A stretch of DNA of 64,000 nucleotides from Roseomonas sp. (GCA_051860065.1 JBHYEQ010000002.1:277773-341772), one strand, 5' to 3'. Counted from the first letter of the stretch, positions 27,967-38,840 are shown. Numbers and translations are program-made. Notes: a model not told the origin generated them from the letters alone.

Positions 27967-28893
27967 TCAGCGCGCCTTCGGCCCATACACATCCGGCACA
28001 TACAATTCGCGCGGCAGCGTCGCGCGTTCGTAGTTCGGGTTGAACACGCGCTCCGGCAGCACCACGGGTTCGTGCGGCACCTCGCCATAGGGAATGACCG
28101 ACAGCAGGTGAGCGATGCAGTTCAGCCGCGCCAGCTTCTTGTCGTTGCCCTCGACGATCGTCCAGGGCGCCTCGGCGATGTTGGTACGGGCGAACATGTC
28201 CTCCTTCGCCTTGGTGTACTGCTCCCAGCGCACGCGGGATTGCAGGTCCATCGGCGAGAGCTTCCACTGCTTGATCGGGTCGTGGATGCGCATGAGGAAG
28301 CGGAACTGCTGCTCCTCATCCGTGATGGAGAACCAGTACTTCACCAGCACGATGCCCGAGCGCACCAGCATGCGCTCGAATTCCGGCACGTCGTTGAAGA
28401 ACTGCTCGACCTGGTCCTCGCTGGCGAAGCCCATCACGCGCTCGACGCCGGCGCGGTTGTACCAGGACCGGTCGAACAGCACGATCTCGCCGGCCGCGGG
28501 CAGATGCGGGACGTAGCGCTGGAAATACCACTGCGTCTTCTCGCGGTCGTTGGGGGCGGGCAGGGCGACCACGCGGCAGGATCGCGGGTTCACGCGCTGG
28601 GTGATGCGCTTGATGACGCCGCCCTTGCCGGCGGAATCGCGCCCCTCGAACAGCACGACCAGCTTCAGGCCCTTATGCGCCACCCAGTCCTGCAGCTTCA
28701 CCAACTCCGATTGCAGGCGCAGCAATTCGCGGAAGTAGAAGCCGCGCTCCAGTGTCGCCTTCTTCCGCTTGCCCAGCAGGGCGCGCAGCTCGGCCGGGAT
28801 GCGCGAATCATCGACCTCCTGTTCCAGCTCCTCGTCGAAATCGTCCTCGAGCTCGAGGTCGAGCCAGGGGCGGTCTTCGGCGGCGTCGGTCAT
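27967..28893 (-). CDS. ppk2: polyphosphate kinase 2
   Basis: FEGRDSAGKGG, QWYFQRY, LFDRSWYNRAGVERVMG, WKLSPMD, GNDKKLARLNCI. Confidence 0.96.
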   Translation of the reverse strand: MTDAAEDRPWLDLELEDDFDEELEQEVDDSRIPAELRALLGKRKKATLERGFYFRELLRLQSELVKLQDWVAHKGLKLVVLFEGRDSAGKGGVIKRITQRVNPRSCRVVALPAPNDREKTQWYFQRYVPHLPAAGEIVLFDRSWYNRAGVERVMGFASEDQVEQFFNDVPEFERMLVRSGIVLVKYWFSITDEEQQFRFLMRIHDPIKQWKLSPMDLQSRVRWEQYTKAKEDMFARTNIAEAPWTIVEGNDKKLARLNCIAHLLSVIPYGEVPHEPVVLPERVFNPNYERATLPRELYVPDVYGPKAR

Positions 28894-29054
28894 GCGGAGG
28901 CGCTCGCGGCTGTCATGGGGTGCCGGCGCAACGTCCGGCGGACGGATGGGCTGCGCGGAAACCGGCCGGACCCGTCGATCCGGCCGGCTGCCTCTGTAGT
29001 CGCTTCGCGCGATGCGTGTGTGACGGTTTCGCGTCGTTCAGGCGAAACGCGCCG

Positions 29055-30023
29055 TCAATCGGCGAAGGACCCGGCCGCGGTGATGATCGGCCGCCAGCGC
29101 GCGATCTCCTCGGCATGGAAGCGGCGGTGGAAGGCGAGGCCCGCGCGTTCCGGCGTGGCGGGGTCCGTCGCCAGTTCCGCGAACCGGGTCCGCAGCCGCT
29201 CATCCTGCATCGCCAGCAGCAGCGCGGCATTAAGGCGCTGCTGCACTGCCTCCGGCGTGCCGGCCGGCGCATAGAGCCCGTGCCATGTGCTCATGCTGAT
29301 CGCCGGCGCGCCGGCTTCGGTGGTGGTCGGCACATCCGGCAGGCCGGGCAGGCGACGCGGGCTGGTCACGCCATAGGCGCGCACCCGGTTGTCGCGGATG
29401 AAGGGCGCGGTGTTGGTCGCCTGGTCGCACAACAGGTCGAGCCGCCCGGCCATGAGTTCCGTGATGGCCGGCGCGGTGCCGCGGAAGCCCACGATGGTGG
29501 CGCGGTTGCCGGCGGCCTGTTGCAGCAGCAGCCCGCACAGGTTCGCCGCGGACCCAAGGCCCGCAGTGCCGAGGTTCAGCGCATCCCCGCGGCGGTTCAG
29601 CTCCGCCACCAGCCCCGCCAGGTTCTCCGCCGGGAAGTCGGGGCGCGCGATGATGGTCATGGCCGCATCCGACACCAGGCCGAGTGGCGCGAAGCCGTTC
29701 AGCGTGTCGAAGGCCAGCCGGCGGAACAGCGTCGCGCCCGCCGCCATGCCGACATTCGTCATCAGCAGCGTGTAGCCATCGGGCCGCGCCTGGGCCACGC
29801 GCTGCGCGCCGACATGGGCGGGGCCGATATTCTCGACCACCACCGGCTGCGGCAGGTGCTTGCCCATCGCCTCCGCGACCAGGCGCGAGATCACGTCGGT
29901 CGGCCCGCCGGCGGCAGCGCCGGCGACGATGGTGATGGTGCGGGACGGATAATCCTGCGCCAGCGCGGGCGTGGCGAGCATCACGGCGGCCGCGGCCAGG
30001 GCGGCCCTGCGGGAATGGTTCAT
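29055..30023 (-). CDS. tripartite tricarboxylate transporter receptor (Bug/TctC)
   Basis: AAGGPTDVISR, VVENI, DGYTLL, FRGTAPAITELMAG, PDVPTTTEAG. Confidence 0.9.
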   Translation of the reverse strand: MNHSRRAALAAAAVMLATPALAQDYPSRTITIVAGAAAGGPTDVISRLVAEAMGKHLPQPVVVENIGPAHVGAQRVAQARPDGYTLLMTNVGMAAGATLFRRLAFDTLNGFAPLGLVSDAAMTIIARPDFPAENLAGLVAELNRRGDALNLGTAGLGSAANLCGLLLQQAAGNRATIVGFRGTAPAITELMAGRLDLLCDQATNTAPFIRDNRVRAYGVTSPRRLPGLPDVPTTTEAGAPAISMSTWHGLYAPAGTPEAVQQRLNAALLLAMQDERLRTRFAELATDPATPERAGLAFHRRFHAEEIARWRPIITAAGSFAD

Positions 30024-30097
30024 GGCGTTTCCTCCGGCGCGATCCCGTTTGCCGGGCCGTCGCTTCGGCGCGATGGCAGCACCTTTCGCGCCCGCCG

Positions 30098-30580
30098 TCA
30101 TCCCGCTCCGACAGGCAGCCCCGCTGGCGGCTTCACGCTGCGCAGCACGAAGGCGCTTCGGGTATCCTTCACGCCAGGCAGGCGCAGCAGCCGCCGCGTC
30201 GCGAATTCGCCATAGGCTTCGAGGTCGGCGGCGACCACGTGCAGCAGGTAGTCGGTCTCACCGCTCATCGCCCAGGCCGCCAGCACCTCGGGCATGCGGC
30301 CGATGGCGGCATGGAAGGCCTCGACCGTTTCCTCGGAGCGAGAGGCCAGGCTGACCTGCACGAAGGCGGTCAGCCCAAGGCCGAGCCGCGGCGCATCCAG
30401 CACGGCGGCATAGCCGGTGATCACGCCGGCCTCCTCCAGCCGCTTCAGCCGGCGCTGGCACGGGGTCGGCGAGAGCCCGACGCGTTCGGCCAGCGCGACG
30501 ACGGAGGCGCGGCCGTCGCGCTGCACCTCGCGCAGCAGGCTGCGGTCGATGGCATCGAGCGTGATGGTGGAATTCGTCAT
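30098..30580 (-). CDS. Lrp/AsnC family regulator (divergent from hppD)
   Basis: LDAIDRSLLREVQRDGR, VGLSPTPCQRRLKRLEEAGVITGY, SGETDYLL. Confidence 0.93.
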   Translation of the reverse strand: MTNSTITLDAIDRSLLREVQRDGRASVVALAERVGLSPTPCQRRLKRLEEAGVITGYAAVLDAPRLGLGLTAFVQVSLASRSEETVEAFHAAIGRMPEVLAAWAMSGETDYLLHVVAADLEAYGEFATRRLLRLPGVKDTRSAFVLRSVKPPAGLPVGAG

Positions 30581-30694
30581 GCGAGCGGCCTTCTGTAGGT
30601 GTTTTCACCACAATGAGCGCAGCACACGGCCCAATTCGCCGGAATTCTTCCGGCTTCAGCGGTGATCCTACACCATCCGCACAGGAGCCTCGCC

Positions 30695-31795
30695 ATGGAC
30701 ATCCCCCCCGACCGCACCGCGCATGCCGGCACCGTCTCGGACGCCAATCCGATGGGCACGGACGGCTTCGACTTCGTCGAATTCGCCGGACCGGACACGG
30801 CGGCGCTGGAGGCGGTGTTCGCCCGCCTGGGCTTCGCGCCGGTGGCGCGGCATCGTTCGAAGCAGGTCACGCTGTGGCGCCAGGGCGATGTGAACTTCGT
30901 GCTGAATGCCGAACCGGCCTCCTTCGCGCAGGGCTTTGCGCGCGTGCATGGTGCCGGTGCCTGCGCCATGGCCTTCCGGGTGGCGGATGCGGCAGCGGCC
31001 TTCGACCGAGCCATCAGCCTCGGCGCGCGGCCCTTCCATGGCCGCGTCGGTCCGATGGAGTTGAACATCCCGGCCATCGAGGGCATCGGCGGGTCGCTGA
31101 TCTACTTCGTCGATCGCTACGGGCCATCCGGCAGCATCTGGGATGTCGATTTCCGCCCCATCCCCGGCGCGGAACTGCATCCCAAGGGCGCGGGGCTGAC
31201 GGTGATCGACCACCTCACGCACAACGTCCATCGCGGCCGAATGGATGCCTGGGCCGGGTTCTACGAGCGTTTGTTCAACTTCCGCGAAATCCGCTACTTC
31301 GACATTGAGGGCAAGCTGACCGGCCTGAAGTCCAAGGCCATGACCAGCCCCTGCGGGCAGATCCGCATCCCGATCAACGAGAGCAGCGACGACAAGTCGC
31401 AGATCGAGGAATACCTGCGCGCCTATAATGGCGAAGGCATCCAGCACATCGCGATGGGCACCGCCGACATCCACGCGAGCGTCGAGGGCCTGGCGGCCGC
31501 CGGCGTGCGCTTCCTCGACACCCCCGACACCTACTACGAATTGCTGCCCCGGCGCCTGCCCGATACCGGTGAGGACATGGCGCGCCTGGCGCGCAACAGG
31601 GTGCTGATGGATGGGTCGCCTTCCGGCGGCCGGCTGCTGCAGATCTTCACCGAGACGGTGATCGGACCGATTTTCTTCGAACTGATCCAGCGCAAGGGCG
31701 ACCAGGGCTTCGGCGAGGGCAATTTCCGCGCCTTGTTCGAATCCATCGAGTTGGACCAGGTGCGGCGTGGGGTACTGAACCCGGCAGCCGAATAG
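30695..31795 (+). CDS. hppD: 4-hydroxyphenylpyruvate dioxygenase
   Basis: NPMGTDGFDFVEF, IDHLTHNV, GEGIQHIA, FFELIQRKGDQGFGEGNF.ALFESIE. Confidence 0.96.
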   Translation: MDIPPDRTAHAGTVSDANPMGTDGFDFVEFAGPDTAALEAVFARLGFAPVARHRSKQVTLWRQGDVNFVLNAEPASFAQGFARVHGAGACAMAFRVADAAAAFDRAISLGARPFHGRVGPMELNIPAIEGIGGSLIYFVDRYGPSGSIWDVDFRPIPGAELHPKGAGLTVIDHLTHNVHRGRMDAWAGFYERLFNFREIRYFDIEGKLTGLKSKAMTSPCGQIRIPINESSDDKSQIEEYLRAYNGEGIQHIAMGTADIHASVEGLAAAGVRFLDTPDTYYELLPRRLPDTGEDMARLARNRVLMDGSPSGGRLLQIFTETVIGPIFFELIQRKGDQGFGEGNFRALFESIELDQVRRGVLNPAAE

Positions 31796-32113
31796 GCCAC
31801 CGGCCGAGGGCGCGCCACGCCAGACGAACGGCGGTGTGCTGAAGCCGGCGGCCGATTATGCCCACCACATTGAGCCCGAGACGCGCGGCCGAGGCCGGCA
31901 TGGCCCGGCTGCGCGAGGTGTTGCTGCGCATCGTGGCGGCATGCGGCGGGCCGTAGCGCCAGGCCGCCTGACTGGGAGCGCGGCACCGGCTGCACCCCGG
32001 CGAGGCAGCCGGCTCCGCCCGGCACGTTTCGCGGCCGTCGGGGGGCTTGCGTCCGGCGGGCAGGGCGGGCTTCCTCCCGCCATGGCTTGCTGCACCCAAC
32101 CGCGCCGGACGCC

Positions 32114-33091
32114 ATGACCGCGGCCCTCGACGTCGCCGGCCTCACGCTCGACTTCCGCCAGGACGGGCGCGTGCTGCGCGTGCTCGATGGCGTGTCATTC
32201 CGCGTCGATCCCGGCCGCACCCTGGCGATCGTGGGGGAATCCGGCTGCGGCAAGTCGGTCTCGGCGCTGGCGGTGATGGGGCTGCTGCCGGGCACGGCCT
32301 CCATCGGCGGCGCCATACGGCTGAACGGTCGCGACCTGACCGCGCTTTCGGCCGAGGAACGCCGGAAGCTGCGCGGCGGCGAGATGGCGATGATCTTCCA
32401 GGAGCCCATGACCAGCCTGAACCCGGCCTTCACCGCGGGTGAGCAGGTGGCCGAGGCGCTGCGTGTCCACCAGGGCCTGGACGATGCCGCGGCCTTTGCG
32501 GAGGCGGTCCGGATGATCGACCGCGTGCGCATCCCGGACGCGGCGCGCCGCGCGCGGCAATACCCTCACCAGCTCTCGGGCGGGATGCGCCAGCGGGTGA
32601 TGATCGCCATGGCGCTCGCCTGCCGGCCGAAGCTGCTGATCGCGGACGAACCGACCACGGCGCTGGATGTGACGGTGCAGGCGCAGATCCTCGCGCTGCT
32701 GGATGACATGAAGCGCGAGACCGGGACCGCCGTCGTGCTGGTCACCCACGACCTGGGCGTGGTGGCCGACCATGCCGACGAGGTCGCGGTGATGTATGCC
32801 GGGCGCATCGCCGAACAGGCGCCGGCGGCCACCCTGTTCGCCCGGCCCGAGCACCCCTACACCGCAGGCCTGCTCGGCGCCGCGCCGGGGGAGGGCGAGC
32901 CCGGCCAGCGCCTGGCCAGCATCGAGGGCACCGTGCCTGACCTGCGCGCGCCCCCGCCCGGCTGCCGCTTCGCCCCGCGCTGCCCCTTCGCGATCGCACG
33001 CTGCGACACGGCGCCGCCGCTGGCGGAGGTCGCACCCGGCCACCTGTCAGCCTGCTGGCGCGCACCGCTCGACCAGGTCCTGGCGGCATGA
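32114..33091 (+). CDS. peptide/opine ABC ATP-binding protein (DppD-like)
   Basis: [34 protein letters not shown]-terminal Cys motif. Confidence 0.92.
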   Translation: MTAALDVAGLTLDFRQDGRVLRVLDGVSFRVDPGRTLAIVGESGCGKSVSALAVMGLLPGTASIGGAIRLNGRDLTALSAEERRKLRGGEMAMIFQEPMTSLNPAFTAGEQVAEALRVHQGLDDAAAFAEAVRMIDRVRIPDAARRARQYPHQLSGGMRQRVMIAMALACRPKLLIADEPTTALDVTVQAQILALLDDMKRETGTAVVLVTHDLGVVADHADEVAVMYAGRIAEQAPAATLFARPEHPYTAGLLGAAPGEGEPGQRLASIEGTVPDLRAPPPGCRFAPRCPFAIARCDTAPPLAEVAPGHLSACWRAPLDQVLAA

Positions 33092-34143
33092 CCGCGCTGC
33101 TGGAACTCGACGGGCTGGTGAAGCGCTTCCCGGTGCGCGATGCGCTCGGGCGCAGGGCAGGGGCCGTGCATGCGGTGGATGGCGTGTCGCTGTCGGTCGC
33201 GCAGGGGGAGGTGCTGGCCATCGTCGGCGAATCCGGCTGCGGGAAATCGACGCTCGGCCGGCTGATGCTGAACCTCATCACGCCCGATGCCGGCACGGTG
33301 CGCTTCGGCGGCGACGACCTGACGAAGCTGTCGGCCGCCGCGCTGCGCGCGCGCCGCCGCGACATGCAGCTGATCTTCCAGGACCCCTTCGCCAGCCTCG
33401 ACCCGCGCATGACGGTTGAGCAGGCGGTGGCCGAACCGCTCCGCCTGCACCGCATCGTCCCGCACGACCAGGAACGCGCGCGGGTGGCGGACCTGCTCTC
33501 GCGCGTCGGGCTGCGGCCGGAGCTGGCACGTCGCTGGCCGCATGAATTCTCCGGCGGGCAGCGCCAGCGCGTGGCGATCGCGCGCGCGCTGGCCTCGCAA
33601 CCCAAGTTGATCGTGGGTGACGAGCCGGTCAGCGCATTGGATGTCAGCGTGCAGGCGCAGGTGGTGAACCTGCTGTCCGACCTGATCCGCGACCTTGGCC
33701 TGACCTTCGTGCTGATCAGCCACGACCTGGGTGTGGTGCGCCACGTCGCGGACCGCGTGGCGGTGATGTATCTCGGCCGCATCGTCGAGGAAGGGCCGGC
33801 CGACGCCGTGCTGTCGGCGCCCAAGCACCCCTATACGCGCGCGCTGCTGGCCGCGGTGCCGGGCCACGGCACCAAGGCGCCGCCCATCGAGGGCGACGTG
33901 CCATCGCCCATCGCGCCGCCGCCGGGCTGTCGCTTCCACACGCGCTGCCCCTTCGCGGAAGCCATTTGCCGCGAGACGCAGCCCGCATTGACCGCCCCGC
34001 CGCATCGCGTCGCCTGCCACCTCGATGGCCGCCTGCCGCCGCCGGCCCCGCGCGCCGAACGCCTGGCCGGTGGCGAAAGGCTGCGGCGCCTGCAATCCTT
34101 CTTTCGGGCCCCAGGCCCCCAACCGGGAGTGCCACATCCATGA
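33088..34143 (+). CDS. peptide/opine ABC ATP-binding protein (DppF-like)
   Basis: [34 protein letters not shown]. Confidence 0.92.
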   Translation: MTALLELDGLVKRFPVRDALGRRAGAVHAVDGVSLSVAQGEVLAIVGESGCGKSTLGRLMLNLITPDAGTVRFGGDDLTKLSAAALRARRRDMQLIFQDPFASLDPRMTVEQAVAEPLRLHRIVPHDQERARVADLLSRVGLRPELARRWPHEFSGGQRQRVAIARALASQPKLIVGDEPVSALDVSVQAQVVNLLSDLIRDLGLTFVLISHDLGVVRHVADRVAVMYLGRIVEEGPADAVLSAPKHPYTRALLAAVPGHGTKAPPIEGDVPSPIAPPPGCRFHTRCPFAEAICRETQPALTAPPHRVACHLDGRLPPPAPRAERLAGGERLRRLQSFFRAPGPQPGVPHP

Positions 34144-35651
34144 AGACCACCCTCCGCACCCTGCTGGCGGCGGCCGCCATCGTCGCCGCCGCGACATCCG
34201 CCAGCGCGCAGAACCTCCGCATCGGGTTGCGCGAGGACCCCGACATCCTCGACCCCACCCTGTCGCGCACCTATGTCGGGCGCATCGTCTACATGGCGCT
34301 GTGCGACAAGCTGTTCGACATCAACGAACGCCTGGAGATCGTCCCCCAGCTCGCCACCGCGCATCGCTGGGAAACCCCGACGCAGCTTCTCATCACCCTG
34401 CGCGAGGGCGTGCGCTTCCACGATGGCGAGGCGATGGACGCCGAAGCCGTGCGCTATTCGCTGAACCGCCACCTGACCATGCAGGGCAGCTTCCGCCGCT
34501 CCGAGATCGCCGACATGGAGTCGGTCGAAGTCGTGGATTCGCGCACTGTCCGCATCACGCTGAAGGCGCCCTCGGCCTCCTTCATGGCCGCACTCACCGA
34601 CCGCGCCGGCATGATCGTCAGCCCCAAGGCGGCCGAGGCGCTGGGCCGCAACTTCGGCACCCGCCCGGTCTGCGCCGGGCCCTTCCGCTTCGTCGAGCGC
34701 GTGGCGCAGGAACGCATCGTGGTCGAGCGCTTCCGCGAATACTGGGATGCCGCGAACATCCACTTCGACCGCGTGACCTACCTGCCCATCCCGGACAACA
34801 CCGTGCGCCTGGCCAACCTGCAATCCGGCGCGGTGGAATTCGTCGAGCGCATGGAACCCGACGACATCCGCACCATCCAGCGCCAGCGCAACCTGCGCGC
34901 GGTGAATGTGGATGAGCTCGGCTACCAGTCCATCACCATCAACCACAACAACGGCGAACGCGCGAACAACCCGATGGGCCGCGATGCGCGCGTGCGCCAG
35001 GCCTTCGAACTCGCGCTCGACCGCGCCGCCATCAACCAGGTGGTCTACGAAGGGATGTACACGCCCACGCGCCAGCCATGGCCTCCGGCGAACCCCTTCC
35101 ATGTGCGCGACTTCACGCCGCCCGCGCGCAATGTCGACCGCGCCCGCGCGCTGCTGCGCGAAGCCGGCATCACCGCGCCGGTCCAGATCGAGATGACGGT
35201 CCCGAACAACCCCGACCTTCGCCAGGTGGGCGAGGTGATTCAGTCCATGGTCGCCGAGGCCGGCTTCCAGGTGACGTTGCGGGCGATGGAGTTCGCCTCC
35301 TCGCTTCAGGCCGCCACGCGGGGCGAGTACCAACTCTACCTGGTCGGCTGGTCCGGCCGCACCGATCCCGACGGCAACTTCTTCACCTTCACCCGCACCG
35401 GCGGCGGGCAGAATGACGGGCGCTATTCGAATGCCGAGGTCGATGCGGCGCTCGATGCCGCGCGCACCGAGCTCGATATCGAGAAGCGCCGGGACCTCTA
35501 TGCCCGCGCGCTGCGCCAGGCGATCGGGACGGATGTCGCGCGCATCTACCTGTGGCATCGCAAGAACATCATGGCGCACCAGACGCGCCTGGTGGGCTAC
35601 CGGCCGATCGCGGATGGCATGATCCGGCTGCAGGGCATGAGGTTCCAGTAA
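34140..35651 (+). CDS. family 5 ABC substrate-binding protein
   Basis: signal peptide, LREGVRFHDG, PVCAGPFRF, VRQAFELALDR. Confidence 0.92.
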   Translation: MKTTLRTLLAAAAIVAAATSASAQNLRIGLREDPDILDPTLSRTYVGRIVYMALCDKLFDINERLEIVPQLATAHRWETPTQLLITLREGVRFHDGEAMDAEAVRYSLNRHLTMQGSFRRSEIADMESVEVVDSRTVRITLKAPSASFMAALTDRAGMIVSPKAAEALGRNFGTRPVCAGPFRFVERVAQERIVVERFREYWDAANIHFDRVTYLPIPDNTVRLANLQSGAVEFVERMEPDDIRTIQRQRNLRAVNVDELGYQSITINHNNGERANNPMGRDARVRQAFELALDRAAINQVVYEGMYTPTRQPWPPANPFHVRDFTPPARNVDRARALLREAGITAPVQIEMTVPNNPDLRQVGEVIQSMVAEAGFQVTLRAMEFASSLQAATRGEYQLYLVGWSGRTDPDGNFFTFTRTGGGQNDGRYSNAEVDAALDAARTELDIEKRRDLYARALRQAIGTDVARIYLWHRKNIMAHQTRLVGYRPIADGMIRLQGMRFQ

Positions 35652-35655
35652 CCCC

Positions 35656-36603
35656 ATGGGCATCTGGCTGCTGCGCCGCGTTGGGCAGGTGATCCCCACG
35701 CTGGTCATCCTGTCGATCCTGATCTTCGGGTTGCAGCAGCTCATGCCCGGCGACCCGGCGCTGATCCTGGCCGGCGAGGAGCGCGGCGACCCCGCGGTGC
35801 TCGCCGCCATCCGCGCCGAGCTCGGCCTCGACAAGCCGATCTGGCAGCAATACCTGATCTGGATGGGCAAGGTGCTCACGGGGGATTTCGGCTTCTCCTG
35901 GCGCATCCGGGTGCCGGTGAGCGAGCTGATCCTGACCAAGCTGCCGGTCACCTTCCAACTCGCCACCATGGCCTTCATCATCGCCATCCTGATCGGCGTG
36001 CCGCTCGGCATCCTCTCCGCCGTGCGGAAGGACACGCCGGCCGACTGGGCGGCGAATGGGGCGGCGCTGTTCGGCATCTCCACGCCGAATTTCTGGCTCG
36101 GCATCATGATGATCCTGCTGTTCAGCGTGGAACTCGGCTGGCTGCCGCCCTCGGGCTATGTGCCGCTGTTCGAGGATCCGGTGCAGTCCCTCGCCACCAC
36201 CATCATGCCGGCCTTCGTGCTGGGCACCGGCGTGGCCTCGGTGCTGATGCGCCACACCCGCGCGGCGATGCTGACCGCACTCAGCCAGGACTACGTCCGC
36301 ACCGCGCGCGCGAAGGGACTGCGCGAAAGGGTGGTGGTCTGGAAGCACGCGCTACGCAATGCGTTGATCCCGGTGGTCACGCTCGGCGCCATCGAATTCG
36401 GCCGCCTGCTGGCCGGTGCCGTGCTGACCGAGCAGATCTTCACCATCCCTGGCTTCGGCAAGCTGATCGTCGATGCAGTGTTCAACCGCGACTACCCGGT
36501 GGTGCAGGGGGTGGTACTGGCGACCGCGCTGATCTTCGTGGTGCTGAGCCTGATCGCCGACATGCTCTACATGGCGATCAACCCGCGGCTGCGGCAGGCA
36601 TGA
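35656..36603 (+). CDS. peptide ABC permease (DppB-like)
   Basis: EAA loop DYVRTARAKGL, RDYPVVQG, INPRLR. Confidence 0.92.
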   Translation: MGIWLLRRVGQVIPTLVILSILIFGLQQLMPGDPALILAGEERGDPAVLAAIRAELGLDKPIWQQYLIWMGKVLTGDFGFSWRIRVPVSELILTKLPVTFQLATMAFIIAILIGVPLGILSAVRKDTPADWAANGAALFGISTPNFWLGIMMILLFSVELGWLPPSGYVPLFEDPVQSLATTIMPAFVLGTGVASVLMRHTRAAMLTALSQDYVRTARAKGLRERVVVWKHALRNALIPVVTLGAIEFGRLLAGAVLTEQIFTIPGFGKLIVDAVFNRDYPVVQGVVLATALIFVVLSLIADMLYMAINPRLRQA

Positions 36604-37256
36604 ACGCCATGCCCAACGATCTCATCGACCCCGCCGCCTGGCTGACGCCGCCGCCGTCATGCCCGCGCTTCGCCGTGGCCACCACCCCGGACCTGCGCAG
36701 GCGGGGCATTCGCGGCAGCCGTGTCGTGGTCGTCCTGGTGAACGACACCATCGGCTTCATGGGCGTCGAAGGCGGCGATTTTGCGATGCCATTGGCCCGA
36801 CTGGCCGGGCTGCGGGCCGGGCGGGTCCGTGTCCAGCGCCATGACGACATGAAGTTCCGGCTGTTCTTCCGGAACCCGGAGGAGACGCTGGTCCTCAACC
36901 CCTTGCCCGACCCCGCCGATGCCCTCGCGCAACGGCGCGCCTATCCCGACCTGGTTCGGGCGGTCGCCGGCCGGCTGGCCGCGCAGGGCCGGCTCGACGC
37001 CATCGAGACCGGCATCGGCTGGGGCTGGGCGGTCGTCAGCACCGCGCTGCTGTCCTTGCCCGCCATCGGCATGGTGGCGGTGTTCGCCTGGGTCGTGGTG
37101 AGTCCGCTGCCGCCGGAGGAGCACGGGATCGCGCTCGCCTTCACCGGGCTGGCGATGGCGGGCATGATCGCCCTGGCGCTCTATTGGTGGCGGGCGACCT
37201 GGCCGCGGCGCATCCACCGGCTTCCCGACCTCGAACGCGTGCTGCCCCGGCTATGA
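36600..37256 (+). CDS. hypothetical membrane protein embedded in the ABC operon
   Basis: two C-terminal TM helices; ATGA overlaps with both flanking permease genes. Confidence 0.75.
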   Translation: MNAMPNDLIDPAAWLTPPPSCPRFAVATTPDLRRRGIRGSRVVVVLVNDTIGFMGVEGGDFAMPLARLAGLRAGRVRVQRHDDMKFRLFFRNPEETLVLNPLPDPADALAQRRAYPDLVRAVAGRLAAQGRLDAIETGIGWGWAVVSTALLSLPAIGMVAVFAWVVVSPLPPEEHGIALAFTGLAMAGMIALALYWWRATWPRRIHRLPDLERVLPRL

Positions 37257-38125
37257 GCGCCACGACCCTTCCCGCCGCCGCCGAGAGCCCGACGCGCCGC
37301 GCCATCAAGCGCTTCCTCCGCCACCGCCTGGCGGTCTTCGGGTTGATCGTCGTCGTGCTGTTCATCGCCGTCGCCGTGCTGGCGCCGCTGATCGCGCCCT
37401 ACGACCCGTTGCAGACCTCCTGGTCGCGCATCCGCCGCCCGCCATCCTGGGAACACTGGATGGGCACGGACGAGAACGGGCGAGACGTGCTCTCGCGCGT
37501 CATCTGGGGCGCGCGGGCGTCGCTGATGGCGGGCGTGATCTCGGTGCTCGGCGCGCTCATCATCGGCGTGCCGCTCGGGCTGCTGGCGGGGCTGTCCGGC
37601 GGGTGGGTGGATGCCGTCATCTCGCGCATCGCCGATGCCATGCTGTCGGTGCCCTTCCTGATCCTGGCGATCGCGCTGGCGGCCTTCCTCGGACCCGCCT
37701 TGGAAAACGCGATGCTCGCCATCGCCATCACCGCCTCGCCGGTCTTCGCGCGGCTGGCGCGCGGCATGGCGCTGGACGCGAAATCCACCGACTGGGTGGA
37801 GGCGGCGCGCGCGCTCGGCAATCCGCCCTGGCGCATCGCCTTCGTGCATGTGCTGCCCAACATCATCCCGCCGCTGCTGGTGCAAGCCACGCTCGCCATC
37901 GCGGAGGCCATCATCGCCGAGGCCGCGCTGTCCTTCCTCGGCCTGGGGATGCAGCCGCCCAACCCGTCCTGGGGGTCGATGCTGAATTCGTCGCAGCGGT
38001 TCCTCACCCAGGCGCCGTGGCTGTCGATCTTCCCGGGTGTCACCATCATGATCGTGGTGCTGGCCTTCAACCTGATGGGGGATGGGCTGCGCGACGCGCT
38101 CGACCCGCGCGCGGACAAGAAATGA
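37253..38125 (+). CDS. peptide ABC permease (DppC-like)
   Basis: HWMGTDENGRDVLSR, WVEAARALG, LSFLGLG.QPP.PSWG, GDGLRDALDPR. Confidence 0.92.
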   Translation: MSATTLPAAAESPTRRAIKRFLRHRLAVFGLIVVVLFIAVAVLAPLIAPYDPLQTSWSRIRRPPSWEHWMGTDENGRDVLSRVIWGARASLMAGVISVLGALIIGVPLGLLAGLSGGWVDAVISRIADAMLSVPFLILAIALAAFLGPALENAMLAIAITASPVFARLARGMALDAKSTDWVEAARALGNPPWRIAFVHVLPNIIPPLLVQATLAIAEAIIAEAALSFLGLGMQPPNPSWGSMLNSSQRFLTQAPWLSIFPGVTIMIVVLAFNLMGDGLRDALDPRADKK

Positions 38126-38835
38126 TCGCGCTTCGTGCCGCCCCCGCCAGCCTGCCGCGCGGCCGGCGCATCTACGCCATCGGCGACATCCACGGCTCCA
38201 TCGCGCAGCTGCGCGACCTGCACGGGCAGATCGCCGCCGACCTGCGCGCCCGACCGGTCGCCTCCGCGCTGCTGATCCACCTGGGCGACTATGTTGACAA
38301 GGGCGGCGACAGCCGCGCCGTGCTCGACCACCTGATCGAGACCGACCCCGTGCCCGGCATCGACATGCTGAACCTGACGGGCAATCACGAGGAGACGATG
38401 CTCGCCGCCCTCGATGGCGATGGCGCCGCGGCGGCCGACTGGCTCTGGGGCGGTGGGCGCGCGACGCTCGATGCCTGGGGCGTGCCGGCCGAGACACCGA
38501 AGGAAGACTGGCCCCAGCACTTCGCCCCGCAGCACATGCGCTTTCTGCGCCGGCTGCATTTGCATCACCAGGAAGGCGGCTACCTTTTCGTCCATGCCGG
38601 CATCCGCCCGGGTATCGCCCTGGAGGACCAGTCGCGCGAGGACCTCATCCGCATCCGCCACGACTTCCTGGGGTCCGAGCGCGACCACGGCGTGGTGGTC
38701 GTGCATGGCCACACCGCGGGCTTCCAGCCGGTGGTGCGCGACAACCGCGTCTGCCTCGACACCGCCGCCTGGTCGGGCGGGCCGCTCACCTGCGGCGTGT
38801 TCGAGGGCGAGACGCTGGGCTTCCTGCAGGCCTGA
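38122..38835 (+). CDS. metallophosphoesterase (PPP/ApaH-like)
   Basis: IGDIHG, LGDYVDKG, GNHE, FVHAG, VVHGHT, LDT motifs. Confidence 0.92.
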   Translation: MIALRAAPASLPRGRRIYAIGDIHGSIAQLRDLHGQIAADLRARPVASALLIHLGDYVDKGGDSRAVLDHLIETDPVPGIDMLNLTGNHEETMLAALDGDGAAAADWLWGGGRATLDAWGVPAETPKEDWPQHFAPQHMRFLRRLHLHHQEGGYLFVHAGIRPGIALEDQSREDLIRIRHDFLGSERDHGVVVVHGHTAGFQPVVRDNRVCLDTAAWSGGPLTCGVFEGETLGFLQA

Positions 38836-38840
38836 CGCGC

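Noticed and set aside
31796-32113. small ORF or ncRNA between hppD and the peptide ABC operon (e.g. MPTTLSPRRAAEAGMARLREVLLRIVAACGGP)
   Set aside because: No clear RBS, motif or repeated structure, so it cannot be supported from sequence alone.
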